From NCBI GenBank assembly GCA_028826165.1, contig JAPDFW010000102.1, positions 162,256 to 226,255 on the forward strand: a DNA stretch of 64,000 nt, read 5' to 3'. The translations under genes were made by a program, and so were the position numbers. The first letter of the stretch is position 1. Each line of letters starts with the position of its first letter. This document shows positions 49,496-62,700 of the stretch, piece after piece. This DNA comes from Anaeramoeba ignava BMAN. Lineage: Eukaryota; Protista; Anaeramoebae. The notes beneath the pieces were generated by a model. The model ran no database searches. It was not told where the DNA came from and was given only the letters and a program-made list of their open reading frames with translations.

Positions 49496-51346
49496 TTAAA
49501 AAATTAAGCAATTCTTCTTTTCTTCTTTTTCTTCTTTTTCTTCTTTTTCTGGATCTTGTTCTGTTTTTTGATTTTTAAATTTGTTAATTAATAAATCAAA
49601 TAAATTTGGATTTGTTTGATTTAATTGAAAATAATCAATTCCTATTTGAATTTCATTAATTATCTCTTGTGTAATTTGAATTTCTTCTTTAATTTGATTT
49701 GAATAAATCCAATATTCAAATATTTGAAATGATTTATTACTTAATTCACTATAATCTCTAACTTTATTAGATTTATCTTCAGTTACAGATAAAAACATTC
49801 CTCGATATAATTCACTTCTCATTATTAATATTAATTTAGGAAATTTATATTGTTTTTCTTTTCTTTCAATTATAAAATCTTTTTCATTTTCATTTTCATT
49901 TAAATAAATTCTTTTCATTGTTTCTTCAATTTTTTCATTTGAATTTATAATTTCTTTAATTTCAGAATATAATTTTGGATTTATTATTCTGTTTGAATAA
50001 ATCATTTCAAATAGTTGATTTGATTCTTTAATTGATTTTTTTGAAATAATTTCTTGAAGTTTTTCAATTTGATTTTCATTTTCATCTTTTAATCTATATT
50101 TCAATATTAATTTATGAGCTTCAATTATTTCTCCATTTTCGGTTTTAAATGAAATATCACAAAATTCTTTTCTTCTAAATAATTTTATCAAATCTTCTTC
50201 AAGATTAGAAAAAGAAGGAGAATAATAAATAAATGTTCTATCAAATCCACAAGAAAGATGATAATTGGAAATATCTTCATTAAATCTTAATTTAGGAAGT
50301 TCAATTTGAATAACTCCTCTTTGAAATTCAGTATTTCCAGTTCCTAATTCACCAGAATAATTATTCCCAAATCCAAACATTTTTCCATTTGTTGTTAAAA
50401 TCAAAGTATGAGAATTTCCAACAGAAAAATCAAGAATATCGTTATTTCCAAAAAAAAATGATCTCATTTCAGTAAATTTGCTTATAATTCCTCTGCTGTC
50501 GAATCCATTATATTTCCAATCTCCACATGAATAAAGTTTTCTTTTTGGATTTTCATTTTCATTTTCATTTTCATTTTCATTTTCATTTTCAATCAACATT
50601 ACTGAATGAAACAATCCACATTGAATATCAATTATTTTGCCTTTTGGAATATTTTGGATTTTGGTTAATTTTTTGAGTGTTGATTCCATGGAATTTCCTA
50701 ATCCAAGTTGATCATAGAAATTACTCCCACATCCAAATAATTCTTGATTTGAATTTAAAAGAAAAACATGATTTGAAGAATTTCCTGAAAATATTTTAGA
50801 AACATTTTTCATCATTAAAATTGGCTTTTCTGTTTTTTCAAGTGTTTTAGAATCTAAACCAAGTTGACAATATTGATTTAAACCAATTCCATAAACATTT
50901 TGATTTGAAGTTAATAAATAAATTGAATGCTCTCCAGAAGCAATATCTTTGATTACTTTATCATTTTTATCTTCAATTAATGATGAAATATTGATAAATT
51001 CTTTTGGATTTTTTGGATTGATAATATTTCCTTTGGCAAATACATTTCCTTCTTTTGTTAAAATAGCTTCATTTTGTTCACCAACAGATACTTTTTGAAT
51101 ATTTTCAATTTGGATTTTTGAAGGATTTTGTTTTGAATCTTTTTCATTTAAATATTCTATTGCTTTTCCATTTTTGAAAAGGAAAATTGTTGAAAAATAA
51201 CTTGATGAAATTTGTTTAATTTGTTTTTCATTTTCATTTTCATTTTCATTTTCAAATTTAAATTGAATTGGTTTTGTTATTATTTCTGTTTCATTTTGGA
51301 TAAGTTTTGGATATTTATTTGAACCAAAAAATATAATTTCATTCAT
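49496..51346 (-). CDS. RCC1-like repeat protein with tandem BTB domains and C-terminal CaaX (CLIF)
   Basis: RCC1 blades (VYGIGLNQYCQLGL, LFGCGSNFYDQLGLG, FGFGNNYSGELGTG); BTB halves FCDISF..IEAHKLIL and KDFII..LIMRSELYRGMF..YWIYSN; ends KKNCLIF*. Confidence 0.9.
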   Translation of the reverse strand: MNEIIFFGSNKYPKLIQNETEIITKPIQFKFENENENENEKQIKQISSSYFSTIFLFKNGKAIEYLNEKDSKQNPSKIQIENIQKVSVGEQNEAILTKEGNVFAKGNIINPKNPKEFINISSLIEDKNDKVIKDIASGEHSIYLLTSNQNVYGIGLNQYCQLGLDSKTLEKTEKPILMMKNVSKIFSGNSSNHVFLLNSNQELFGCGSNFYDQLGLGNSMESTLKKLTKIQNIPKGKIIDIQCGLFHSVMLIENENENENENENENPKRKLYSCGDWKYNGFDSRGIISKFTEMRSFFFGNNDILDFSVGNSHTLILTTNGKMFGFGNNYSGELGTGNTEFQRGVIQIELPKLRFNEDISNYHLSCGFDRTFIYYSPSFSNLEEDLIKLFRRKEFCDISFKTENGEIIEAHKLILKYRLKDENENQIEKLQEIISKKSIKESNQLFEMIYSNRIINPKLYSEIKEIINSNEKIEETMKRIYLNENENEKDFIIERKEKQYKFPKLILIMRSELYRGMFLSVTEDKSNKVRDYSELSNKSFQIFEYWIYSNQIKEEIQITQEIINEIQIGIDYFQLNQTNPNLFDLLINKFKNQKTEQDPEKEEKEEKEEKKNCLIF

Positions 51347-52349
51347 TTTTGAAAAAGAAAAAAATGAAAAATTAATTTTGATTTTAAATTTAATTTTAAT
51401 TTTAATTTTAATTCCAATTTGAATTTGATTTGAATTTTGAAAATCATTTAAAAATATAATTTAATCCTCAATTAAATGTTTAAAATAATAATTTATTGTT
51501 TTAAATTGAAATATTTTCTTCTTCCAAATCAATAAATTAATCAATAGATCAAATAAAAAAATGGAAATAAATTTAATTTAATACTTAATTTAGAAATTAA
51601 TTTAAAAATATAATTTTATATTTAATTTTATGTTTTAAATAATAATTTTTTGGTTTAAATGAAAATATTTTCTTATTTAAACATGAAACACATACCTATC
51701 AAAAATTAAATAATCAAAATTCTTCATTTCCTAAATAAAAATCTTATTCAAATTTAAATAAATTAAATTTCAATTGATACTATTATTGAATATTATTAAA
51801 ATTCAATTTTTATTTTGATTAAAATGATTCACTTCTCTTGTTAAATTTTATTCATTTTTTGGAAATAAGTTTATATTATTTTAAATAGAGAAATATTAAT
51901 TAAATATATAAAATGGAATTAATTCTAAATTTAATTATTTAATATTCTTTATTTTTCATTTTTATTTTTTTTCATTTTTTTCTTTTCAAAATTTAAAATT
52001 AAGTAAATATTTTTTGTTCATTTTTAAAATAAATAAAAATCAAATTTAATAATAAATAATAATAAAAATATAAAATATAAATAAAATAAAAACAAAATAA
52101 TTATCAATTACTTATTAATTTAATAGTATTTAAATTCAGAAAAAAAAACCAAAAATAAATCTCAATTTTTTATTTTAAATAAATTAGAATTTAAATTGAA
52201 TTCAAAATAAAAATCAAAATGAAATTATTTTTATTATTGATTTATTATAATTTCACAAATATTTATTTTATTTATTCAAATTAAAAAACTAATTTTCCTT
52301 TTTTTCCTTTTTTTTTTATAAAAAAAAATACAAAATTTAATAAAGAAAA

Positions 52350-55300
52350 ATGAATGATTCTTTAAAAGAAATTGATCTAAAAGAAAATCAAAATCAAAAT
52401 CAAAAGACCAGTCGGACATCTTTATTTGGAAATCCTAATCTTAATCAAAATTCAATTCTATTTCAAAATCGAAATCATAATTCAAATACAAGTAGAACAT
52501 ATTTATTTGGAAATCAAAATCAAAAAAAAAATCAAAATCAAAATGAAATGCAAAAGCAAATTCAACTTTTATTACAAAATCAAAATGAAATGCAAAATCA
52601 AATTCAACTTTTATTACAAAATCAAAATAAAATGCAAAATCAAATTCAACTTTTATTACAAAATCAAAATGGAAATCAAATTGAAAATGAAAATGAAAAT
52701 GAAAATGAAAATGAAAATGAAAATGAAAATGGAAATGAAAATCAAATTGAAAATGAAAATGAAAATCAAATTTCAAATTTAAATGAAAGTAAATTGTTTT
52801 AAATTTAAATTTTAAATTATTAAAAAATTATTTTAAATTTAAATTTAAATTTCAAAAAAAATTAAAAAGACTCTATCGAAGAAACAATAACATATATGAA
52901 GCAATATCCAAATGATCAACAAATTCAAGAAAATGGATGTAGAGTTTTATTGAATATTGTTGTTAATAATGATAGTAAATCAAAAAATCAACCAAAAAAT
53001 CAATCAATCAAAAATCCAAATATTATTTTTCTTTCTTTTTTTAAAATTTAAAATTAAAAATTAAACTAAAAAATCAATGGAAAATAAATCCAAAAAACGA
53101 AAATTAAATAAATTTATAAAATAATAAATAATTATTAATTATTAATTATTAATTAAAATCAAAAACAAAAATTAATCAAATTAATTAATTTCAAATTTAT
53201 TTCTCAAAATTAATTAAAATAAAAAATAGAAAATAGAATTGAAATTAGTAATTTAAAAGGAATTGAACCTGTTATTAAAGCAATGAATAATTTTCCAAAT
53301 AATGAAAATATTCAATCATTTGGATGTAGAGTTTTATTGAATATTGCTGTTAATAATGATAGTAATTCAAAAAATCAATCAATCAAAAAATCAATCAAAA
53401 ATCCAAATATTATTTTTCTTTCTTTTTTTAAAATTTAAAATTAAAAATTAAACTAAAAAATCAATGGAAAATAAATCCAAAAAACGAAAATTAAATAAAT
53501 TTATAAAATAATAAATAATAAATAATTATTAATTATTAATTAAAATCAAAAAAAAAAAATAATCAAATTAATTAATTTCAAATTTATTTCTCCAAATTAA
53601 TTAAAATAAAAAATAGAAAACCAAAATGAAATTAGAGAATTGAACGGAATTGGACTTATTATTAAAGCAATGAATAAATTTCCAAATAATGAAAATATTC
53701 AAATATATGGATGTTTAGCTTTAGGGAATATTGTTAATAATAATAATAGTAATTAATAAAATTAATAAAGAATACTAATTTAATCATTTTTTTTATCAAT
53801 CATTAATAACAATTATTCCATTTTCAAAAACAAAAAATAATCAAATTAATTAATTTCAAATTTATTTCTCAAAATTAATTAAAATAAAAAATAGAAAACC
53901 AAAATGAAATTAGAGATTTAAAAGGAATTGAACCTGTTATCAAAGCAATGAATAAATTTCCAAAAAATGAAGATATTCAAAAATATGGATGTAGAATTTT
54001 ATGGAATATTGTTGATAATAATAATAATAGTAATTAATAAAATTAATAAAGAATACTAATTTAATCATTTTTTTTATCAATCATTAATAACAATTATTCC
54101 ATTTTCAAAAACAAAAATTAATCAAATTAATTAATTTCAATTTTATTTTCCAAATTAATTAAAATAAAAAATAGAAAACCAAAATGAAATTAGAGATTCA
54201 AAAGTAATTGAACCTATTATCAAAGCAATGGATAACTTCCCAAATAATGAAGATATTCAAAAACATGGATGTTTAGCTTTAGGGAATATTGTTAATAATA
54301 ATAATAGTAATTAATAAAATTAATAAATAATACTAATTTAATCATTTTTTTATCAATCATTAATAACAATTATTCCATTTTCAAAAACAAAAATTAATCA
54401 AATTAATTAATTTCAAATTTATTTCCCAAAATCAATATTAAAACTAAATACTTAAAGATAATCAAGATATAATCAGAGATTTAAATGGAATTGAACCTAT
54501 TATCAAAGCAATGAATAATTTCCCAAATAATGAAGATATTCAAATATTTGGATGTGCAGCTTTATTGAATATTGCTGCTAATAATGATGGTAAATCAATC
54601 AATCAATCAAAAAATCAATCAATCAAAAATCCAAATATTATTTTTCTTTCTTTTTTTAAAATTTAAAATTTAAAATTAAACTAAAAAATCAATGGAAAAT
54701 AAATCCAAAAAACGAAAATTAAATAAATTTATAAAATAATAAATAATTATTAATTATTAATTATTAATTAAAACCAAAAACAAAAATTAATCAAATTAAT
54801 TAATTTCAAATTTATTTCTCAAAATTAATTAAAATAAAAAATAGAAAACCAAATTGAAATTAGAGATTTAAATGGAATTGAACCTATTATCAAAGCAATG
54901 AATAATTTTCCAAAAAATGAAGATATTCAAATATTTGGATGTGCAGCTTTATTGAGTATTGCTGTTAATAATGATGGTAAATCAATCAATCAAAAAATCA
55001 ATCAATCAAAAATCCAAATATTATTTTTCTTTCTTTTTTTAAAATTTAAAATTTAAAATTAAACTAAAAAATCAATGGAAAATAAATCCAAAAAACGAAA
55101 ATTAAATAAATTTATAAAATAATAAATAATTATTAATTATTAATTATTAATTAAAACCAAAAACAAAAATTAATCAAATTAATTAATTTCAAATTTATTT
55201 CTCAAAATCAATTAAAATAAAAAATAGAAAACCAAATTGAAATTAGAGATTTAAATGGAATTGAACCTGTTATCAAAGCAATGAATAATTTCCCAAATAA

Positions 55301-58300
55301 TGAAGATATTCAATCATTTGGTTGTAGAGTTTTATTGAATATTGCTACTAATAAAGGTAAATCAAAAAATCAATCAATCAAAAAATCAATCAATCAAAAA
55401 TCCAAATATTATTTTTCTTTCTTTTTTTAAAATTTAAAATTAAAAATTAAACTAAAAAATCAATGGAAAATAAATCCAAAAAACGAAAATTAAATAAATT
55501 TATAAAATAATAAATAATTATTAATTATTAATTATTAATTAAAACCAAAAACAAAAATTAATCAAATTAATTAATTTCAAATTTATTTCTCAAAATCAAT
55601 TAAAATAAAAAATAGAAAATAGAATTGAAATTAGAGATTTAAATGGAATTGAACCTGTTATCAAAGCAATGAATAATTTTCCAAATAATGAAAATATTCA
55701 AGAATATGGATGTGCAACTTTATTGAATATTGCTGCTAATAAAGGTAATTAATAAAATTAATAAAGAATACTAATTTAATCATTTTTTTTATCAATCATT
55801 AATAACAATTATTCCATTTTCAAAAACAAAAATTAATCAAATTAATTAATTTCAAATTTATTTCCCAAAATTAATTAAAATAAAAAATAGAAAACCAAAA
55901 TGAAATTAGAGAATTGAACGGAATTGAACCTATTATTAAAGCAATGCATAATTTTCCAAATAATGAAAATATTCAAATATATGGATGTTTAGCTTTAGGG
56001 AATATTGTTAATAATAATAATGGTAATTAATAAAATTAATAAAGAATACTAATTTAATCATTTTTTTATCAATCATTAATAACAATTATTCCATTTTCAA
56101 AAACAAAAAATAATCAAATTAATTAATTTCAAATTTATTTCTCAAAATTAATTAAAATAAAAAATAGAAAACCAAAATGAAATTAGAGATTCAAAAGGAA
56201 TTGAACCTATTATCAAAGCAATGAATAAATTTCCAAATAATGAAAATATTCAAAAATATGGATGTTCAACTTTAGGGAATATTGTTAATAATAATAATGG
56301 TAATTAATAAAATGAATAAATAATACTAATTTAATCATTTTTTTATCAATCATTAATAACAATTATTCCATTTTCAAAAACAAAAAATAATCAAATTAAT
56401 TAATTTCAAATTTATTTCTCAAAATTAATTAAAATAAAAAATAGAAAACCAAAATGAAATTAGAGATTTAAAAGGAATTGAACCTATTATTAAAGCAATG
56501 GATAACTTCCCAAATAATGAAAATATTCAAAAATATGGATGTTCAACTTTAGGGAATATTGTTGATAATAATAATGGTAATTAATAAAATTAATAAAGAA
56601 TACTAATTTAATCATTTTTTTTATCAATCATTAATAACAATTATTCCATTTTCAAAAACAAAAAATAATCAAATTAATTAATTTCAAATTTATTTCTCAA
56701 AATTAATTAAAATAAAAAATAGAAAACCAAAATGAAATTAGAGATTTAAAAGGAATTGAACCTATTATTAAAGCAATGGATAACTTCCCAAATAATGAAA
56801 ATATTCAAAAATATGGATGTAGAGTTTTAGGGAATATTGTTAATAATAATAATGGTAATTAATAAAATTAATAAAGAATACTAATTTAATCATTTTTTTT
56901 ATCAATCATTAATAACAATTATTCCATTTTCAAAAACAAAAATTAATCAAATTAATTAATTTCAAATTTATTTCTCAAAATTAATTAAAATAAAAAATAG
57001 AAAACCAAAATGAAATTAGAGATTTAAAAGTAATTGAAGCAATAACAAAAGCAATGGATAACTTCCCAAACTCTAATAGAATTCAAGCATTTGGATTAAG
57101 AGCAATACTTAATATTTCTCTTCAAGATCGTAATCAATGAAAAAAAAACAAAAAACAAAAAAAACATTTCGATATTAAAATCAAATCAAATCAAATCAAA
57201 AATAGAAAATCAAATTAAATTGATTCAAGCTCAAGGTTTTGGGGCACTTAAAAAAATTAAAAATTTTGATCTAAAGTTTATTAATTTTCCAAATCTTTCT
57301 TCTCAAATTGATAAATACATAAAAAGAATTCAAGAATCAAGAAAAGGTAAATTCATAAATTTAATCCATTTTGTTTTTGAAATTTAATAATTTACTTAAT
57401 TTTCATTTAGAAAAATTAAGAGAAAAACCAAACGATATTTGGGAATTTGATATGAAAGTGTTTCCTTCCAATAACATTGAGCCTATTCAAAATATTCAAA
57501 TGAAATCAATTAAAGTTAAACTTCATGATCAATTCCAATCTGAGTATAAATCCCAAATTAAACAAATATCTTCTTCAAATCGTTTCAAAAATTTTCTTTT
57601 TCAAAACGGAGAATTATTTCGACAAATCAATACAAAATTTTTCAATTCTGGAAATGATTCAGATCCAAATCCTCAAAAAATTCAAATTGAAGAAAATATT
57701 CAAAAAGTATCTGTTGGTGAACAAAATGAAGCTATTTTAACAATAGAAGGAAATGTATTTGCCAAAGGATATGATATTAATCCAAAAAATCCAAATGAAT
57801 TCATCAATATTTCATCATCAATTGAAGATAAAAATGATAGAGTAATCAAAGATATTGTTTCTGGAGAGCATTCAATTTATTTATTAACTTCAAATCAAAA
57901 TGTTTATGGAATTGGTTTAAATCAATATTGTCAACTTGGTTTAGATTCTAAAACACTTGAAAAAACAGAAAAACCAATTTTAATGATGGAAAATGTTTCT
58001 AAAATATTTTCAGGAAATTATTCAAATCATGTTTTTCTTTTAAATTCAAATCAAGAATTATTTGGATGTGGGAGTAATTTCTATAATCAACTTGGATTAG
58101 GAAATTCCATGGAATCAACACTCAAAAAATTAACCAAAATCCAAAATATTCCAAAAGGCAAAATAATTGATATTCAATGTGGATTGTTTCATTCAGTAAT
58201 GTTGATTGAAAATGAAAATGAAAATGGAAAAACAAAAATATATTATTGTGAAGATTATCAATCTAAATTCACTGAACTAAAAAATCCATTAATTGATAAC

Positions 58301-59179
58301 AGCAACATTTCTGAGATTTCTGTTGGAAGATACCATACATTAATTTTAACATCAAATGGAAAACTTATTGGATTTCGCGAAAATGAAAAACATGAAATTC
58401 AAAAACCTAAAGATCAACCTTCATTTACATTATATCAAATTAAACTTCCTAAATTATTATTTGATATTTCCAATTATCATATTTATTGTGGAAACGAAAC
58501 TTCATTTCTTTATTCAGCTTTCTTTTCAAGTCTTGAAGGAGATTTAATTGAATTATTCAGAAGAAAAGAATTTTATGATATTTCATTTAAAACCAAAAAT
58601 GGAGAAATGATTGAAGCACATAAACTAATAATTACTTTCAGAATTGGAAGCCAGATTGAAGAATTTAAAGAACTCATTTCCCAAAAAACCCTCGAAGAAG
58701 CCAATCAAATATTTGAATTTGTTTATGGCAATATCAATATTGAATCACAAAAATTGAAAGAAGAAATTCAGTTTAAATTCAATTTATATCCATCAATATC
58801 AGAAGAAATGGAAGAAATGCATAACGATGAAACCGAAAAAGATTACACAATTACAACAAATGGGAAAGAAATTAAGTTTCATAAACTAATATTAATTGCC
58901 AGAAGTGGATTATTCCGAACAATGTTTTCCACAATAACTGGTTATGAATCTAATCAAGTGAAATATCCAAATCAAATTTCTGATAAAGCATTTGAAATTA
59001 TGAAATATTGGATGTATACAAATCAAATTCAAGAAGGAATTTCCATTACAAAAAAGGAAATCAAAGAGTTAGAGAAAGCCATTGATTATTTCCAATTAAA
59101 TCAATCGAATCCAAATTTATTGGATTTAGTAAATGAATTATATGAAGAATTTTTTATCCCTGAAATAATAATCAAATAA
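52350..59179 (+). CDS. Armadillo-repeat array-RCC1-tandem BTB protein, 17 exons
   Basis: Exons 52350-52788, 52870-52974, 53230-53361, 53617-53748, 53895-54029, 54175-54306, 54458-54589, 54845-54976, 55228-55356, 55616-55744, 55891-56022, 56168-56299, 56445-56576, 56723-56854, 57001-57129, 57206-57346 and 57411-59179. All introns are GT-AG and phase 1, and the frame stays open. Repeat consensus ENQxEIRDLxGIEPIIKAMxxFPNNExIQxxGCxxLxNI (Aardvark/LRRK2-type ARM). Confidence 0.88.
52930..57075 (+). repeat. Exon-plus-intron tandem array (units of ~277 and ~387 bp)
   Basis: Thirteen ARM exons (129-135 nt) separated by two near-identical intron types, A (251-259 bp) and B (145-151 bp). Confidence 0.92.
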
Positions 59180-59305
59180 TTCAATTCAATTCTCAACACA
59201 AAAAAATTGGATTTTTCTTCATTTCTTTAATTAATAAAATAAATCCAATTTAAATTTAAATTTAAATTTAAATTTTGATTTTAATTTTAATTGAAAATAA
59301 TCAAT

Positions 59306-59703
59306 TTAAAAAATTAAGCAATTCTTCTTTTCTTCTTTTCTTCTTTTCTTCTTTTTTTGGATCTTGTTCTGTTTTTTGATTATTAAATTTGTTAATTAAT
59401 AAATCAAATAAATTTTGATTTTAATTTTAATTTTTAATTTTAATTCCAATTTGAATTTGAATTTGATTAATTATTTCTTGAGTAATTTGAATTTCTTCTT
59501 TAATTTGATTTGAATAAATCCAATATTCAAATATTTGAAATGATTTATTACTTAATTCACTATAATCTGTAACTTTATTTGATTTATCTTCTGTTACAGA
59601 TAAAAACATTCCTCGATATAATTCACTTCTCATTATTAATATTAATTTAGGAAATTTATATTTCTTTTTTTCTTTTCTTTCAATTATAAAATCTTTTTCA
59701 TTT
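59306..59703 (-). pseudogene. 5'-truncated, frameshifted duplicate of the 3' end of the RCC1-BTB-CaaX gene
   Basis: Near-identical to ~49496-49890 (EKDFIIERKE..LIMRSELYRGMFLSVTEDKSNKV..KKNCLIF). It lacks upstream sequence, and an AAAATT tract replaces DYFQLNQTNP, giving a premature stop at 59427. Confidence 0.8.
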
Positions 59704-59743
59704 TTGAAAAGCAAAAATTAATTTTCATTTTTTTCATTTCAAA

Positions 59744-62700
59744 ATGGAACAAAAATATTTTATTCAAGTTAAAAATTATGAAAACAAAAAAGTTAAATTA
59801 ACAAATCAAAATGAAATTATTGTTGAATGGAAACTTCCTGAACAATTTCAACCAAAATCAAATGATAAAATTGCACTTTTTGACGCTACAAAAGAAAAAA
59901 ATGAAATTTACTTTACTTATAAAAACAATTCAAATTCTCAATTAGAAGGAACAACATTTCTTAATGTCAATTATGTGGAAATATGGAAGAACAAATTACA
60001 AATTAGATATTTACCTGAAAATAAATCCAAATCAATTCTTGTTTCTGAAGTTTTTGAAATTATTCCTTTTGAAAAAATAATTACTATTGATGAAATTAAT
60101 GAAAAAGAAATTAAAACAACTTGGAAATTACCTGTTAATTTTATACCCAATGGAGATGATGGTTGTGATGGATATTCTTTAAGACGTTGGGATTTGATTT
60201 GCTTATTTCCCAAAGATAAACCATTTTATAGTTCTTATTTGAGTAGTGTGGCTAATCGCAATGGAGCAATGAATGGAACAGCAACTTTTAATACTGGATC
60301 TTGCATGAGAGATGAAACTAATGAGGAATTTGTAATTAGATACATTGCAGTTAATGAAGACACAATAGCAGAAAGTGAACCTTTTATTATTAAATCCAAA
60401 ATTCCAGAAAATCATCTTATTCTCTCTAAAGAAAAGTTTTTATTTGGAGAATCCATTGAAATTTCATGGGAGTTTCCTGAAGACTTTGAGATATCTGAAA
60501 CAAGTCGGATTGGATTATTTTATGAAAACTCAATAAGTTCACAATATATTGAATTAAAATATATTTATCAAACAAATAGAAAAGATTCAATTATTTTCCA
60601 AACAAAAGATTATCAAACAATTAATTTTCTTGACAATTTACAATTTAGATTTTTTTCATGTGATGACAAAAGTCAATGTGTCAGCAAACCATTCCAAATC
60701 CAATTCTTGGAAAATAATGGAATTGAAATTATAGCAAAAAGACCTACATTTGGTTTACCAATTCAAGTTCAATTCAAATTACCTGATGAATACAAACCAA
60801 ACATTTCAGATTCAATTTCACTTTTTTATTATGATTCTCATTCAAATTTAAATGATTTATCACAAAAACCTTTGATAGAAAAACATAATGATAGAGTTTC
60901 AAGAATTGGAATGATTGAATTCAAATTGGATGATGATTTGAAAAAGGAAAATACAAATGAAAATGAAGCCCAATTATTTATTGTTAAATACATTTCTCAT
61001 CTCAAAACTTCAAACGAAAAAAAAGTATTGTTTACTTCTTCTCATTTTGGAGTTGATGAATTTAAAATCTTTAAATTATTAGTTTCCAAAAATGAAATTA
61101 AATATGGAGAATCAATTGATGTTAAATGGGAATTTCCTGAATATTATCAATCAAATGAACGAGATTGGATTGGTTTATTTTTGAAAGATTCTCCAATCAA
61201 TAATTCTTTAGTTGGCAAAAATACTTTAAATTTAACAAAAAAAGGAATATTAAGATTTGATATTGGAAATTATATTACAGAAGAAAATCAAATATTTGAA
61301 TTTAGATATTATCCAAAAGATCAAAAAAACCCAATAGCAAAAAGTGAAGAAATTAAAGTGAAAGAATTTGATAAAAAAAATTTCAAATTATTAGTTTCCA
61401 AAAATGAAATTAAATTTGGAGAATCAATTGATGTTGAATGGGAATTACCTGAATATTATCATTCAAATGAACAAGATTGGATTGGTTTATTTTTGAAAGA
61501 TTCCCCAATCAATAATTCTTTATTTAGGAAATTTACTTCAAATTTAGCAAGAAAAGGAATATTAACACTTGATATTGGAAATTATATTACAGAAGAAAAT
61601 CAAATATTTGAATTTAGATATTACCCAAAAGATCAAAAAAACCCAATAACAAAAAGTGAAGAAATTAAAGTGAAAGAATTTGATAAAAAAGATTTCAAAT
61701 TATTAGTTTCCAAAAATGAAATTAAATATGGAGAATCAATTGATGTTGAATGGGAATTACCTGAATTTTATCAGCCAATTCATGGAGATCGGATTGTTTT
61801 ATTTTTGAAATATCCTCGAATTGATTATAATTCTTTAATTATTAAAGATAATTCAAATTTAGCAAGAAAAGGAAAATTTACATTTGATATTGATAAATAT
61901 ATTAAAGATGAGAACCAAATATTTGAATTTAGATATGTTAAATTTTATGGAAGAATATCATTAATGAAAAGTGAAGAAATTAAAGTGAAAGAGATTGATA
62001 GAAAAGATTTCAAATTATCAGTTTCCAAAAATGAAATTAAATTTGGAGAATTAATTGATGTTGAATGGGAGATACCTGAATATCATCAAACAAATTCTTT
62101 CGATCGGGTTGTTTTATTTTTGAAAGATTCTACAACTACTCCTGGTTTAACTGATCAATATATTCCAATGCATAAAAAAAAGGGAATATTAACATTTGAT
62201 ATTGGAAATTATATTAGAGAAGGAAATCAAATATTTGAATTTAGATATTGTTCAAGTGAATACAAATATGAGCCTTTTGCGAAAAGTGAAGAAATTAAAG
62301 TTCTTCCATTAGAAGGAGGAATAATTAAATCATCTCCAGAAAAAACAAAGATTGGAGAAACAATAAAAGTATCATGGGAATTACCAAATAATTATGAACC
62401 TCATCAAAATGATCAAATAATTTTATTTAAATCACAACTTCAATCTAAAGAAAAAGAAGCACCAAAATATTTTCAAGTTTATTACAAAAATGAGAAATGT
62501 GAAAAAAAAGGAGAAGTAGAAATCAAAATACAAATTGGAGGTGGAATGATCGAGGAAGAATTTATTATTGGATATTATTCTTATTCTTATTCTAAAATTA
62601 TTCTTTGTCAATCACCAATCATAATTGAACCAACTAGTTTTGTGGGAATCAAAATTTTGAATAGAAAAATTGTTGGAGATAAAATTCAATTTGTCTGGAG

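Noticed and set aside
57371-59179. Treating ORF 57371..59179 as a stand-alone RCC1-BTB gene
   Set aside because: Its listed start is a TTG inside an intron, and a phase-1 acceptor at 57410 joins it in frame to the ARM exons. A separate short transcript cannot be excluded without cDNA.
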